Numbered from the stretch's first letter, positions 39,045 through 51,314 are shown. The stretch is DNA of 64,000 nucleotides from an uncultured delta proteobacterium (GCA_963737905.1 CAVTUQ010000010.1:64001-128000), one strand, 5' to 3'. The notes: a model not told the origin generated them from the sequence alone. Made by a program: numbers and translations.

Positions 39045-39665
39045 CTATGTTTTGCGAATTTCCGAGCGCTCGGCAAGGCGCACAAGTTCGGCTACCGAGT
39101 CCACCTGCATCTTATCCATCACCCGCGCTCGATGGACTTTGATGGTCTTTTCCACGATGCCCAGTTCGACTGCGATTTGCTTGTTCAACCATCCCTTGAT
39201 GACCAAACTCATCACCTCGCGCTCGCGCGCAGTTAGATTGTCGATACGCCTTTGGATGTCTTGCAGTTCTTTCCGCTCGGCACCTTCCCGGCGGGCGCGG
39301 GCGAGCGCCTGTTCGATGGCGCGCAAAAGGTCTACGTCGCGCACCGGCTTGGGCAAGAAGTCTACGGCCCCGGCCTTCATTGCTTTCACTGTCGTTGGAA
39401 TGTCGCCGTGACCGGTGATGAAGATAATGGGGAGGACAAGATTGGTGAGCTTTAATTCGTGTTGCAGGTCGATGCCGCTGAGACCAGGCATACGAATGTC
39501 CAGCACAAGACAGACGGGTTCCGTCGCGTCCGGCTTTCTGTCAAGGAACTCACGCGCCGAGCCGAAGGTTTGCACCTGATAGCCCGCCGACTTGATCAGT
39601 CGCGCCAAGGCTCGTCTCACGGAGGGGTCATCGTCGACGAGAAAAACGGTGGGGGAGGTCGGCAT
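39045..39665 (-). CDS. FixJ/NodW-family response regulator
   Basis: ITGHGDIP..V.AMKAGAVDFL.KP, LuxR HTH LTAREREV...NKQIA..LG..EKTIKVHR. Confidence 0.93.
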   Translation of the reverse strand: MPTSPTVFLVDDDPSVRRALARLIKSAGYQVQTFGSAREFLDRKPDATEPVCLVLDIRMPGLSGIDLQHELKLTNLVLPIIFITGHGDIPTTVKAMKAGAVDFLPKPVRDVDLLRAIEQALARARREGAERKELQDIQRRIDNLTAREREVMSLVIKGWLNKQIAVELGIVEKTIKVHRARVMDKMQVDSVAELVRLAERSEIRKT

Positions 39666-39813
39666 GGGGGTGCGGTATTGGGTTTGAGGTGTCGGGTTTC
39701 AGTAGGATTACAGAGGGTCAAGGCTCGGGTGTCGAGTGGAACATGACCCCCGTTCGCCCCCCGTCATTCCCGCGAGATTCTCTAGTCCACTCTCGCTCAT
39801 AATCTTCCCCTCG

Positions 39814-42800
39814 TCACTCGACACTCTCCCCTCGCCCCCCCACCGGCACGCTGAAGTAAAGCGTCGCGCCTCGATCCGGGTTGTTCTCCGCCCACAGGCG
39901 CCCGCCGTGGCCCTCGAGGATGGAGCGGCTGATGGCCAGTCCCATGCCGAGCCCATCGCGCTTGGTGGTGTAAAACGGTTGGAAGATCTTGTCGATCTTA
40001 TCGCCGCTGAGACCCGGTCCGCGATCGCGCACCGCTATCCGGAGCATACCCTCGCCTTCCAGCTCCGCCCGAACGTTGACCTCGCGCTCATTCACCATAC
40101 AATCTTTCAGGGCATCGAAGGAGTTGAGCAATAAATTGAGTACGACTTGCTGCAACTGCACCTTGTCCCCCCGCACCGTCGGCAGGCCAGGGTTTAAATC
40201 GAGAAGGACGCGGACGTTGTGTAGAAGGGCGTCGCCGCGGAGCAGTAGCACTACATCGCGAATGACGTCCGCGAGGTCGAGCGACACAAACGCGACTTCC
40301 TCCTTTTTCACCAGCGCCCGCATCCGTTGGATGACCTCGCTCGCGCGGCTGTCATCTTGAACAATGTCTTTGAGAATCTCGCGCACCTCTTCCAGATCAG
40401 CCGGATTGGCGGCCATGAAACGCTGGGCCGCCTGTGCGTTACTAAGAATCGCGGTAAGCGGCTGGTTCAGCTCATGCGCCAGCGATGTCGCCAGTTCACC
40501 CATAGTGGATATACGCGTCACATGTGCGAGTTCCTGACGGTTGCGCTGAAGTTCAGATTCCGCCTTTTTGCGCTGGGTAATGTCCGTGGATGCGCCCAGA
40601 ACTTGATTCGCGAAGCCATCCTTATCAAGGATGGGACACTTCACCGTCTGAAGCCAGCGGACTTCCCCCTTGGCGTCCGTTAGATGTTCCTCTGATATGA
40701 AGCGCTCTTTCAGTGTGTCCATGACCTCTACGTCCATTCGGTGGAAAAACTCGACCTCCTCGCGGTTGGGATTGAAATCCGCATCGGTCTTGCCAATCAA
40801 GTCCTCAACCGTCGTGCCGTACGCGTCGGCCACCGCTTGATTGACTAGGGTGAAGCGTCCTTGGCGGTCTTTGGCAAAAATAAAGTTCGGATCAATGTCA
40901 ATGACCTGCCGGAGAAATGCCCGCTGATTCTCCAGCGTTTCCTCTCCCCGTTTGAGCTCGGTGATATCGATGGCATTGCCGATATAACCGAGAAACGTAC
41001 CATTGGGTGCAAAGCGTGGCACTCCATGATCCAGGACCCAGCAGTATTCACCGTCAAATCTCCGCAGGCGGTATTCCATGCTAAACTCCTGCCGCGCGTC
41101 GAAGGAGTTGGTGTAGACTGCAATGCAGCGGTCGAAGTCTTCTGGGTGAACGCCCTCTACCCACCCGTTGCCAAGTTCCTGCTCCACGGTGCGACCGGTA
41201 AAGTCGAGCCAACCCTTGTTCAAAAAAGTACAGAGCTTGTCCGTTCCAGCCATCCAGATCATCACGGGCGCTGTATTGGCCATGGTGCGGAAGCGCTCCT
41301 CGCTCTCCCGCAGCGCTTGATCGGCCGTCTTGCGCTCCGTGATGTCGATGGATACGCCGCGCAACCGACGCGGGCTGCCGCTGCCGTTAAATTCGATGCG
41401 CCCGCGCGTCGCAATCCAACGTAAGGCGCCGCCGCTCAACACGACACGATATTCGGCGACGTAGTCACCACCGTTTTGCAAGGCTTGGAGCACCGCCTGG
41501 CGCGTCGGCTCGCGGTCGTCGGGATGCAAGGTATGAATAAACCGCTCAAGGTTAACCGGCTCGGATTCCGCCCAACCGAATAACCGACGGCCCTCCGGCG
41601 TGATCCAGGTTTCGTCACGCGCAGCGTCCCACACCCACAAGCCAAGTCCGGTTGTGTTTGCCGCCAGATTGACGCGCTCCTCACTCTCGCGGAGCGCCTC
41701 CTCAGCCTGTTTGCGCTCGGTAATATCAATCATAAAGCCGCGAAGCTCGACTGGTTTTCCATCCCGATGTTCGCATCTGACGATGTCGTGCATCCAGACG
41801 GTGTCGCCCGACGAGTCGATCATACGATATTCGAATTCAAAATCTTCGGCGCTCTTGCTCAGGGCCAGGCAAGTATTGACCGCAAACTCCTTGTCGTCGG
41901 GATGGAGATGGGACACCCAGAAATCCTTTTCATACCACTGTTCGAGCGGATAGCCGAGAAGCCTCGCGGCTTGTGGGCCCGCGTAGGTGAAAACCCACGT
42001 CTGAATGTCGGCCTTCCAGGGAACGGCCGCGGTGGATTCAACGAGGCCACGAAAATTTTGCTCGCTCTCACGGAGCGATTCCTCCGCGCTCTTGCGCGCT
42101 AAAGCGTTGGCGAAGATTTCTCCGAGCAAGCGCTGCCCCTGCAATAACTCCGAAGAAATCTTGCGCTCTTCTCCAACCGTGTTGAGGCCCAACACGCCGA
42201 TCGCCTTGCCGCCGGCGACCAGCGGAACACTATAAGAGGATCGCACGTGGTATTGCTGGTAGGTGGCGCGATCAGTGCGGGCTTCCGGGGGTAGCCCGTC
42301 CAGGCTTGGGAGACAGACGTCGCGACCAGCGAACAATTCCCGGGCTGACCAGGGAAAATCCTTGTCGGTGAGATCCGATGGAATTTCCGGCACGCCCTTC
42401 GCCCGCCAGATGTAGGCGACCCGGCCCTCCGTGCCCCGGCCGGTAAACACCGACAGCGCAGCGATATCGAATCGCAACAAACTTGCCACTTGGCCGAGGG
42501 CTTCGATGATCCGGGCTTCGACCTTTTCCGGAGCTAGGTTGATGAAAGTGCCGGACAGCTCTGAAACCAATTGCTCGAAGCGCAACCGCTCTTCCAGTCT
42601 CTGTTGCGCCAGCCGTCGTCGGCGCCGCTCTCGGAGCAAGATGTCAATGAGCGCGGCTTCCAGGAGACATAAGGTCAAGACGATGATGATTAGCCACTTG
42701 TACTGCTCCCAAAACGTAGAACTGAATGCTGTTGCCGGCTGATGATTGTGATTCGCTGATCCCCCAGCGACGGAGCTGCTGCCAGTCGTAGACGGGTGAG

Positions 42801-42949
42801 GCGATGCCAATGCGAGCTAAAGCATCGCCGTGAAGGATGCGTACCCGCGGGGGAGGATGGTACGCATTGTTGATAGGGCTCGGCTCAAGATGGGAAACGA
42901 TCAGCAAGCTCAAAAAAACAAATTGCAGATTACGGGTCCAACTTTGCAC
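39814..42949 (-). CDS. GAF/multi-PAS sensor histidine kinase (FixL/NodV-like), N-terminus frameshifted near 42720
   Basis: TM, GAF, four PAS domains, AHELNQPL, GLGMGLAI. Upstream ORF 42644-42949 supplies a signal peptide and DWQQLRRWGISES, which normally precedes ...TFWEQYKW. Confidence 0.88.
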
Positions 42950-42960
42950 AAATCGTCCTA

Positions 42961-45900
42961 CTACCTCAGTGAGAAATCGACCCGACTCAATTTGGCTTTC
43001 GCCTTTTCTTTTTCTTCCGAAGAAAGCGGTTTCGCAGCCACGATGGAGAGGCGATCGGCGGTGACCTGTCCGCTCGCGAGCAAACGGTTTTGGACCACTT
43101 GAGCGCGCCGGTTTGCCAGATCACGCAGATCATCGTCGGTTGCCTGCGCATTCTTGAGCATCAGGCTCTCCATTTCAGGCACCGGCAAATCTTTAGCCAG
43201 ACCGATAAAGTTTCGCGGTTTGGGGAAGCTCTCGTCGCCATAGGCTGCCTTGAGGTAGCGCTCGTATTCAGTTTTGTCGACTTGTACGTCATCCACCGAT
43301 TTGGGAGCGGTTCCTTGCCGTACCAAATCCTTCATCTTTTGCGCTTTCACCTTGCGCTCGACGGAGGTTTGCTTGAGACCCTCGCGATCGTTCACGGGAT
43401 CGACACGGCCGCTGATGTCAAGTTTGAGGGCGGGCCGGTTGTTCATCGCTGTCGTCAAGGATTTGATTTTTGCTTCGGCGCTCTGCGATAGATTGGACCG
43501 GCCGTAGTCAAACTCTATATAACTCAACTCCGCGCCGCTGCCTCCGCCGAAGGCGGAGCCAAGCAGGGCAAAAGGAGATGTGACTGCCCGGGTAATAATG
43601 TTGATAATGATCCTCAGTATAATTCCTCCGACGCTGAACTCCGGACTGTCCAGGGAGCCGCTGATTGGCAGGTTGACGTCGATGACCCCATTACGATCTT
43701 TCAACAGCCCGACGGCGAGCAAAACCGGGAGCTTCGTGGCGGTGGGACTGTCGACCTTTTCTCCGAAGGTCAGCTGGTCGAGAATAATCTGATTCTGCGC
43801 GTCTAGTTTGCGGTTCTCCACTTTGTATTTGACTTTAAATGAGAGTGTCCCTCTCTCGATGCCGTAACCGACATACTTGATCGAATAGGGCGACATGGGG
43901 TTGAGCTCGATTTCTCTGGCATCGGCCGCAATGTCCATATAAAGGTCTTTGGAAAGCGGGTTGATCTTACCCTGGATATCGACCGGCGCCGCGTTGTCCA
44001 GTTTCGCTTGGATCGCGAGGTCGCCGGGAGTGTCCGGTTTGAGCTCGGAGATCGAGCCTTGTACGCCGGTGAGGTTCGCCGAGTAATTGGGCTTGACGAA
44101 GAAGTCGCTGAAGTAGACGTTCCCCGCCTGCAGGTTGATCTTGCCGATGGAAATTTGTTTCTCACTGGACGGCGCGGCTGCAGCCGGCTCGGCTGATTTC
44201 TCTGGCTTGGTTTTGTCGGCCTCGCTATTCTCGGTTTTTTGAACTGCCAATTGTTGTAAATTGAGCCTGCCGTCGGCGCCGAGGATCAAGCGGGAGTAGA
44301 ATTCGGTGAGATTAACTTCGTCAATCCGCAGCAGCATCGGCTGCAGGTCGAACCGGATCCCGCCGAGGTCCAATGACTTCCACTTCAGCAGATCCTGTGA
44401 ACCATCTTTTTCCACAGAGGCGAAATCCGCTACCTGGACGCTGCCCCCATAATTGATGTTCGCGGCGCCGTCACCCCCTATATTCATTGTGAGAATGCCC
44501 TTGCTGCCGACCTCGCCGCCGGTCAGCGAGAAATTAACCTGATCCGCGAGATAGGGCTGGAAAGGGACGACCGAGATCGCTTGAGCGTCCACACTGAGCC
44601 GGCCCCCAACCGGGCGTACCCCCAGAGCTCCCGCCAGCCTCAAGCGCCCCTTATTGTTGATCGTGGCTTGCAGCCTGACTTTGGACCGCGCATTCTTGGC
44701 ATTGGAATGATTTTCTCCCCGGAGCGACAGGGCGGAAACCGTCATGCGTGCCGGCGGGCTCAGCATGCGGTCTTCAAAAGTAACTCGAAAACGATCCAAT
44801 GCCGAGCGCTTTATTTCGACGGCCCATTCGGCCGCGTCTTCCTTCTCCGGCTTCTTAACATCGCTGGCGCCGGCCTGCGTTTTGATCAACCTGGCATAAT
44901 TGATGGTCCCATCAGGATCACGGCGGATAGAGCCGTTGCCGTCGCGGCTTTCAAACGAACCGATCACGATGGATTTTTTTTCGACATCCACCGTGGTGTC
45001 CTTTATAGCCAGCAGCGGAGCGCGCCAAAGCGGCTCGCGGTCGCCGGGCACGTCTAGCCGGAGAGACCGTAAGGCGGCGTTTAGCTCGTCAAGTTTCGTC
45101 TCCAGCCTTTTATCCTCTTTCTCTGCGACAGCAAAGCGAGTGGCGAGATCCAGCAGCCCCTCTGTGATTTCCACCCCAACGACGCTCTCGTAGTAGGGAC
45201 GAAGTCCTTTGAGCTGGAGGCTCTTCACCTCAATCTGGCCTTCGGCCAAAAGTGGTGTGAGCTGAACTGTTCCGCTTTGATTGAACTCTTCTTTGGTATC
45301 GGCCTGGAAAGAAATCTCGGTCGTGGCTTTCTTCTTGGGCTCGTTGGTCAGTTCTTTCACCTCGGCGTGGATATTGTCCAGCCGTTTTTCAAAGGGCCGC
45401 TCGCGGACCTCGGTCGGTGAAGATCACTTTTCCTTTATCGACGACAATCTCATCGACCCGGTAACCGAAGGGCTTCTCATCTGTTTTCTTCTCCGGAGCC
45501 TTTTCGGTTTTGCTCTCGGCAATCAACGAAGTCAGGTTCAGTGTTCCATCGCGGTTACGGGTCACGTGCAGCTCAGGCGCCTGGAGCTTGATGGATTTCA
45601 GAATCGCCCGCTGCGCAAAAACCTCCACGGCCTCAATGACGACATCCAAAGCTGGCAGGTTAAGAAGCGGTGTGTCGGTTTTTTCCTGAAGCACAAAGTC
45701 CGCGACCCCGACGTCGCCGGAAATAGATAGTACGGAGGGTTTGTCTTTGCTGGTTCTGAAGGTCACTGTGAGTTTGGTATTGAGTTGTCCGGCAGGAACT
45801 TTGAAATTGAGATCGACCGGCGAGTATTCGACGTACTTCGGAATCTGTAGCTTATCGATATCGAGGTGAATGGTACTCTCGTGGGAATCCTTGAAGGGCT

Positions 45901-46582
45901 TGGTCTCTCCATCAATCTGAAAGGGCGCGCCGTTTACCAAGGCGTAAAATTCCGGTTGCACTTTGATATCTACCTGGGAAGGAATACTGGAGACAAAAGG
46001 CACCCCGATTTTGATAGCGGAAACCGTGTGTTTCGTTTGTTCCGGTCGGTCGTCGAAGTCGATTCTTCCATCAAGTACCTGAATATTGTTGAGGGCGAAT
46101 CGCGGCGTCGGTCCCGGAGGCTCTTTGGGTTGGTCCTTAGGCGGGCCCTTGGTAAATTCCTCGATCAAGTCGGTGAAGTTGTAAGTGCGATCTTCGTTAC
46201 GGATCAGGCTGATGTAGGGTTTGGTCAGGCGAAGTGCCTTGAACACCGGCGCCCAGCGAAACAGCGATTGCAGCTCCAGATTTGCATAAAGCTCGTCAAA
46301 GGAAACGGCGGTTGCTGAGCCTTGACGTTCTTTCACGAGAAAGCCACGAACGGTAAGGGACATCGTCAAGGGATTAAACCAGATTTGCTCGATGGAGGTT
46401 GGCCGGTGCAGCTTGGCAGAAAGCTCCGATGCGATCTTATTTCTCAACAGCGGTGGGGCAGCCAGCGCCAAGATCACGGTAAAGGCAAAGATCGCGGCAA
46501 GCCAGATCGCTATTTTGCGCGTGCGCGGGTGGCGGACAATCGTGATTGTTCGATCACCCAGTTTTTTGATTTTCGCAGCCAT
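42961..46582 (-). CDS. DUF748 (AsmA-like) protein with C-terminal OmpA-like region (frameshift near 45400)
   Basis: Repeated DUF748-type segments (RN.DG.LN), LP..LAV.LLKDR.G.ID.NLP, LA.RRA..V. The alternate frame ERPFEKRLDNIHAEVKELT joins the two ORFs. Confidence 0.88.
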
Positions 46583-46701
46583 CTGCCGTGAGAGAACAAA
46601 CGCCAGCCTTAAAAATAACTAGCGCAGCGCTAACGCTTTGTCCATCAGGGTCGCACCAGTCCTCTTAGGTAACTAACGCCGCGGATAGGGGGAGTCCATC
46701 G

Positions 46702-46735
46702 GGAAAACCCTGATATGGGGAGTGGAAATCCCTGA
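46702..46735. promoter_or_regulatory. Tandem candidate regulator sites upstream of the DUF748 gene
   Basis: GGAAAACCCTGA (46702) and GGAAATCCCTGA (46724), 22 bp apart. Confidence 0.45.
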
Positions 46736-46794
46736 AGCGGCGAAACGCGCGGGAGAATCTAAACCAAAATGCTAGGGGTGGCGGAGGGTAAGAG

Positions 46795-47238
46795 TTAATC
46801 AGCCACGGTTTGAATTTGCTCGAGCATCAAGCAATAAATTTCGGGCATGCTCCAGTGTCTTGCCCCATGCACGATGAGCCGTTTGTATTCCGGGTTGGGT
46901 AAGGGAACGGTGTCTTCCTTCTCGGCGATGTAAACCAAAACTTCCAGCGGGTTTTCGCTGTTTCCACTGGCGCACACGAACAGCTTTTCTCGCCGGTAGC
47001 CGTCTTCGAAACTGTCAAGAATAATCAGATCGGCTTCACTAACGTCGTAGACGATTCCCCAGACCTCGCTCCCCGAATCCACGAAGATGTTTGCCGTGCC
47101 GCAGTTCCGTAGCCTCGAGTGGCGCGCAATAGCAAAGCGGTAATCCTTTAGACTGGCGACGCAGACAAAGCGAGTCGATGGGCAGCGCCGTTGCATCTGT
47201 TCCCAGTTCATGTTTGAGCCGTATGCAAAGTAATACAA
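46795..47238 (-). CDS. Gamma-glutamylcyclotransferase family protein
   Basis: YFAYGSNM, VWG.VY, LD.FE, P..EY..LI..GA. Confidence 0.9.
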   Translation of the reverse strand: MYYFAYGSNMNWEQMQRRCPSTRFVCVASLKDYRFAIARHSRLRNCGTANIFVDSGSEVWGIVYDVSEADLIILDSFEDGYRREKLFVCASGNSENPLEVLVYIAEKEDTVPLPNPEYKRLIVHGARHWSMPEIYCLMLEQIQTVAD

Positions 47239-47506
47239 ATGTGCGCTTCCTCCGTTTTTAGTCGTCGGATTCTAGGGGAAGATGAATCAACTGACAAGCA
47301 GTCATCATGTAAACATTGAATCTCTCAAAATCCGCCATTTCACACATGCGTTTAGCGGGAATCTGGACTCCCGATTAAAACGTTCGCGGCGACAAACTGG
47401 TGAAAAATCATCCGAGGTTCACTTGACAGCCCGCTGTGGAGGTGATTCATTCAAAAGGTCAATCCGGCAACGGTTTTTTGGCCAAACCGGTTGCTTTTTC
47501 GAATAA

Positions 47507-47533
47507 TTAAAGGTTTAATCATTAAACCTTTAA
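47507..47533. promoter_or_regulatory. Perfect 27-bp palindrome upstream of the mlaC-like gene
   Basis: TTAAAGGTTTAAT-C-ATTAAACCTTTAA. Confidence 0.65.
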
Positions 47534-47591
47534 CAATATGGGGTGTGCCTGACGGCGCGAAGCCGAGTATCCACCCATAGGAGGAGATTTA

Positions 47592-48186
47592 ATGAGTTCT
47601 CTTAGACTCTGGGTTCCTGCAAGCCTTTCTTTCATTCTTATTATCGCTCCCGTTTCCGGTTTTCGCCGGAGAGCCGATGGCGCAGTTGAGTGCCAGTATA
47701 AACGAGTTTGTTACGATCATGTCGAACACGTCGGTAGCCGAATTGCGGGCCACGGGGCTGCCCGAAAAAGCACGTCAGCTGGTCTTTGCCCGCTTCGACT
47801 TTTCTGAAATGACGAAGCGCTCGCTGGGCCCGCACTGGAAATCACTGGATCAGGCGGAACAGCATGAGTTCGTCGACGCCTTCACTCAACGGCTTTTAGT
47901 CGCTTATGGAAAAACGGTCCGCGCCACCGGCAACGAAAAGATTCAGTTCGGGCGGGAGTCTCGGGATGGCCAGCAGGCGAACGTCGAAACCCAGGTTGTC
48001 AGCGGCAATGGTGATCAAACTCCTATCGATTACCGCCTGCACGACGTCGATGGCCAGTGGATGGTGTACGATGTTGTGATCGACAATGTCAGTCTAGTCA
48101 ACAACTACCGTTCTCAGTTCGAGCGTGTCATCACCAAATCCTCAGTGCAAGAATTGCTCCGCAAAATGAAAAACCAAGAGTCGTAA
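47592..48186 (+). CDS. mlaC: MlaC/Ttg2D family lipid-binding protein (1-bp frameshift near 47660)
   Basis: RBS GGAGGAG, signal peptide, FDF.EM..RSLG.HW, VYDV.ID.VSLV.NYRSQF. Confidence 0.85.
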
Positions 48187-49475
48187 AACGCCTTGATCCG
48201 GCTCGGCGAACCTTTAACGTAGTTCGCGATACACTTCTTTTGAGATCCCGGAGCTCGAACCTTCTGTCCCTCCCGGCGAAACAGAAAATCCGACGGCCGG
48301 CAAAAATGTTTGGGAATGCGCCGGCCACCGGGCCTGCGGAATGAGATGAAAAGGGATGACAGTGGAAGGTAGGTTCCTCCCTGGCGTGAAGTCCGAGCGT
48401 TTACCCTGTGGTCTCTCTGCTTAGCCCGCTTTTGAACAGACTCGCAACGCCAGTGCCGCAGGGAGGAATTTGGCAGGTTTGGAAACCGGCACAGTCTCCC
48501 GAAAACTTTCTAAAATAAGCATTAAATTATCGGTGACCATCGAAAGCCTCGTGGGTCTATACAGTTTTTTAGGTTCGAAAAGAATTCTTCCCGAGGCACA
48601 TGGTTCATCGAGGACAGAACGATGCTTACGTCTGGTATCGCGGGGTACCGGCACTCTGTCACTCGGCTGCGGTAGCTCGGATTCCTGGGGCCGGGTTCGA
48701 TGATACGCGCCGCGCTTGTCATAGCGGGAGTCACCGACTTCAGCGACGAGAAGACCACTGGAAACCAGAAGAAGATAATAAGTTGAACCCGGCGATCCTT
48801 GGATATACGCTTGTGCTTCTCGATCTTTTGTTCACTCGCCTTACCTCTTATCGAGGGCGTACGTAATTGCATCGACACTACGGAACTCGTTGGAACGAAA
48901 ATATTGTCCACGGCTGTCCAATCGTTGCTTGAAAAGGATCGGGAGGGTGAACAATCGAGTGATGAATTGTGCAATCGATGAGCCAAACGGGAAAAGGTTG
49001 TGAAGACAGGGAGTTAAAAAATCAACGGGACAACACGATTGTAAAATGAATTAACAAGCTGCGAAGATTCGAGTAGGTTTACGAACCCAAAAGAGCGCCG
49101 CCTCGAATAGTTAGATTGAATTGTCACTACTGTAAGGAATACTTACACAGCAGGCACTATTGCAACTATCTATAACTGCGATTCATTGTCGCGGGAAGAT
49201 CTTATCCGATGATTGTCTATGCTTGTGCGCTCGTGATTTCCCACCAGTTGCCGTTGAGGTCGCTGAAGAGAAAAGAAGCTTCCTCGCCGCTCATTTCGAT
49301 CCTTTCGAGAGCTTTTATTTTCCAAGGCCGGCGAATGGCCTCAAGCCACCGTCAACAGCCAAGATGAGTCTGCTTGCAAACGCGGATCGATGGCACTAAG
49401 AATGACTGCGGCCCTGGTGATCTTTTGTCCTTGTGAGGATGTGGTTTTTAATCTCAAAAGTGGAGGAGACCGTTA

Positions 49476-50552
49476 ATGCTCATCTTGTCTAATGAAGACA
49501 TAGAAAAGCTACTTCCCGTGGGCACCTGTTTGGAAGTGCTCGAAGAGGCCTATCGTGATTTGGGTAACGGCATGGCAGCCACGGTGCCGCGGTATGATGT
49601 TTTCAGTCCGACAAATCCCAACGAATTTTACGAATACAAAACTATGAGTGGGGTCTTGCCGAACCGCAAAATCGCCGCACTACGTCTGAACTCCAGCGTC
49701 GTCAAGTGGTACGAAAAAGCCGGGGGTGTGCGCAAGGACAAATTACCCGTAGCCGGAGGCGACCGCTACGTCGGCCTGGTCATGCTCTTCAGCACGGAAA
49801 CCGGCGAGCCACTCGCGATTTTTCCCGACGGCTATGTGCAGAAGCTGCGCGTTGCCGGCGCCAGCGCCATCGCCGCGCGTTATCTCGCCCGCAAGGATGC
49901 CAAAATCATGGCCCTGTTGGGCTCGGGCTGGCAGGCGAGCGCCCACCTGGTGGCTTTGAGCATGGTGCGTGATCTCAAGCAGGTCAAAGTTTTTAGTCCA
50001 ACACCGGAATCGCGCCACCGGTTCATCGAAGAATGGGGAGGCAGCGTCGCGGCGGAAGTGGTGGAAACGGCCAGCGTCCAAGAGGCGATGGAAGGCGCAG
50101 ACATCATTATGGCGGCCACTAACTCGATTTCTGCTCTGTTTCCAGGCGATCTGCTTAAGCCTGGCGTTCACGTTTCCTGTGTGAAGCCCTGCGAATTTGA
50201 TGCGACGACTTACAAACGCGCCGATCCGCTGATCATCCACTGGCGTGAGGCAAAGCCTTTTCAAATCGCGATTGGAGTCGATCGACAGTCGATCCCCGAC
50301 ATTACCGAAGGCTGGCAACATCCGATCACGCGAGAAGATGCGGCGATATGGGATTTTCCAACACTATCCCAACTCGTTAATGGGCAACACTCTGGAAGGG
50401 TGAGCGAAGAATGCATTAGTTGCTTCTGTAACAACGTTGGTCTCGGTTTACAGTTTGCCGCGGTGGGCAGCGAGGTTTTGGCGCGCGCGCGAGAGGCGAG
50501 AGTCGGGCGGGAAATACCGACCGAGTGGTTCCTCGAGTCTGTGCATCCGTGA
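49476..50552 (+). CDS. Ornithine cyclodeaminase / mu-crystallin family protein
   Basis: LFSTETGEPLA, R.AGASAIA..YLAR, GSGWQA, GLGLQFAA. Confidence 0.88.
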   Translation: MLILSNEDIEKLLPVGTCLEVLEEAYRDLGNGMAATVPRYDVFSPTNPNEFYEYKTMSGVLPNRKIAALRLNSSVVKWYEKAGGVRKDKLPVAGGDRYVGLVMLFSTETGEPLAIFPDGYVQKLRVAGASAIAARYLARKDAKIMALLGSGWQASAHLVALSMVRDLKQVKVFSPTPESRHRFIEEWGGSVAAEVVETASVQEAMEGADIIMAATNSISALFPGDLLKPGVHVSCVKPCEFDATTYKRADPLIIHWREAKPFQIAIGVDRQSIPDITEGWQHPITREDAAIWDFPTLSQLVNGQHSGRVSEECISCFCNNVGLGLQFAAVGSEVLARAREARVGREIPTEWFLESVHP

Positions 50553-51314
50553 TAAACGGTTTCGAGTTACGGGTTTCGCGTTTCGAGTCTATGAAAATTA
50601 AGATTTTGAGCGTCTTTTTTTTGGTAGTTGTTTGGACAAGCGCTTCATTGGCTCAAACTAAACTCAAGGTCGCTTACCCTACCACGGTGGGTTCGATGGC
50701 CGTTCTCTGGGTGGCGAAGGATGCGCGACTCTTCGAGAAGCACGGCCTCGAAGTGGAGCTTATTTATGTTGCCGGGAGTTCCAAGGTCGTCCAGGCGATG
50801 CTCGCCAAGGAAATCCCCATTTCAGAAATCGCGATCCCGGCAGTGATTCAGGCAAACCTGGCAGGCGCCGATTTAGTCATGCTTGCCGACCCAAACCACA
50901 AGCCTGGCCAGAAGATATGGTGAAGCCGGAGATCAAGACTCCGGAGAATCTGAAGGGCAAAAAGATCGGGATTAGTCGATTCGGAACATCCGACGACTTC
51001 TTGCTTCGTTATATACTGGGACAGTGGAAGATACAGCCGGACCGCGATGTCACCCTGTTACAAATGGGAGGATCGCCGGAGATTTTGGCAGGATTGGGTT
51101 CTCGCGGGATTGATGGTGGAATGCTGTCTTCACCGCTCCATCTACGAGCGGCCAAGCTCGGGTTTTCGGTGCTCGCCGATTTGAGCGCCATCGGTGTCGA
51201 TTACCAGGGAGCAGGGGTCGTCACGACCCGCACGTATGCGCGCGAGAATCAGGATGTCGTGCGCCGTTATTTGAGAGCATATGTCGAAGGTTTGCACTGT
51301 TTCAAGACCGATAA

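Noticed and set aside
47548-47570. CTGACGG...GAA as a hammerhead ribozyme core
   Set aside because: Lacks the CUGANGA and GAAA consensus and the three-stem arrangement.
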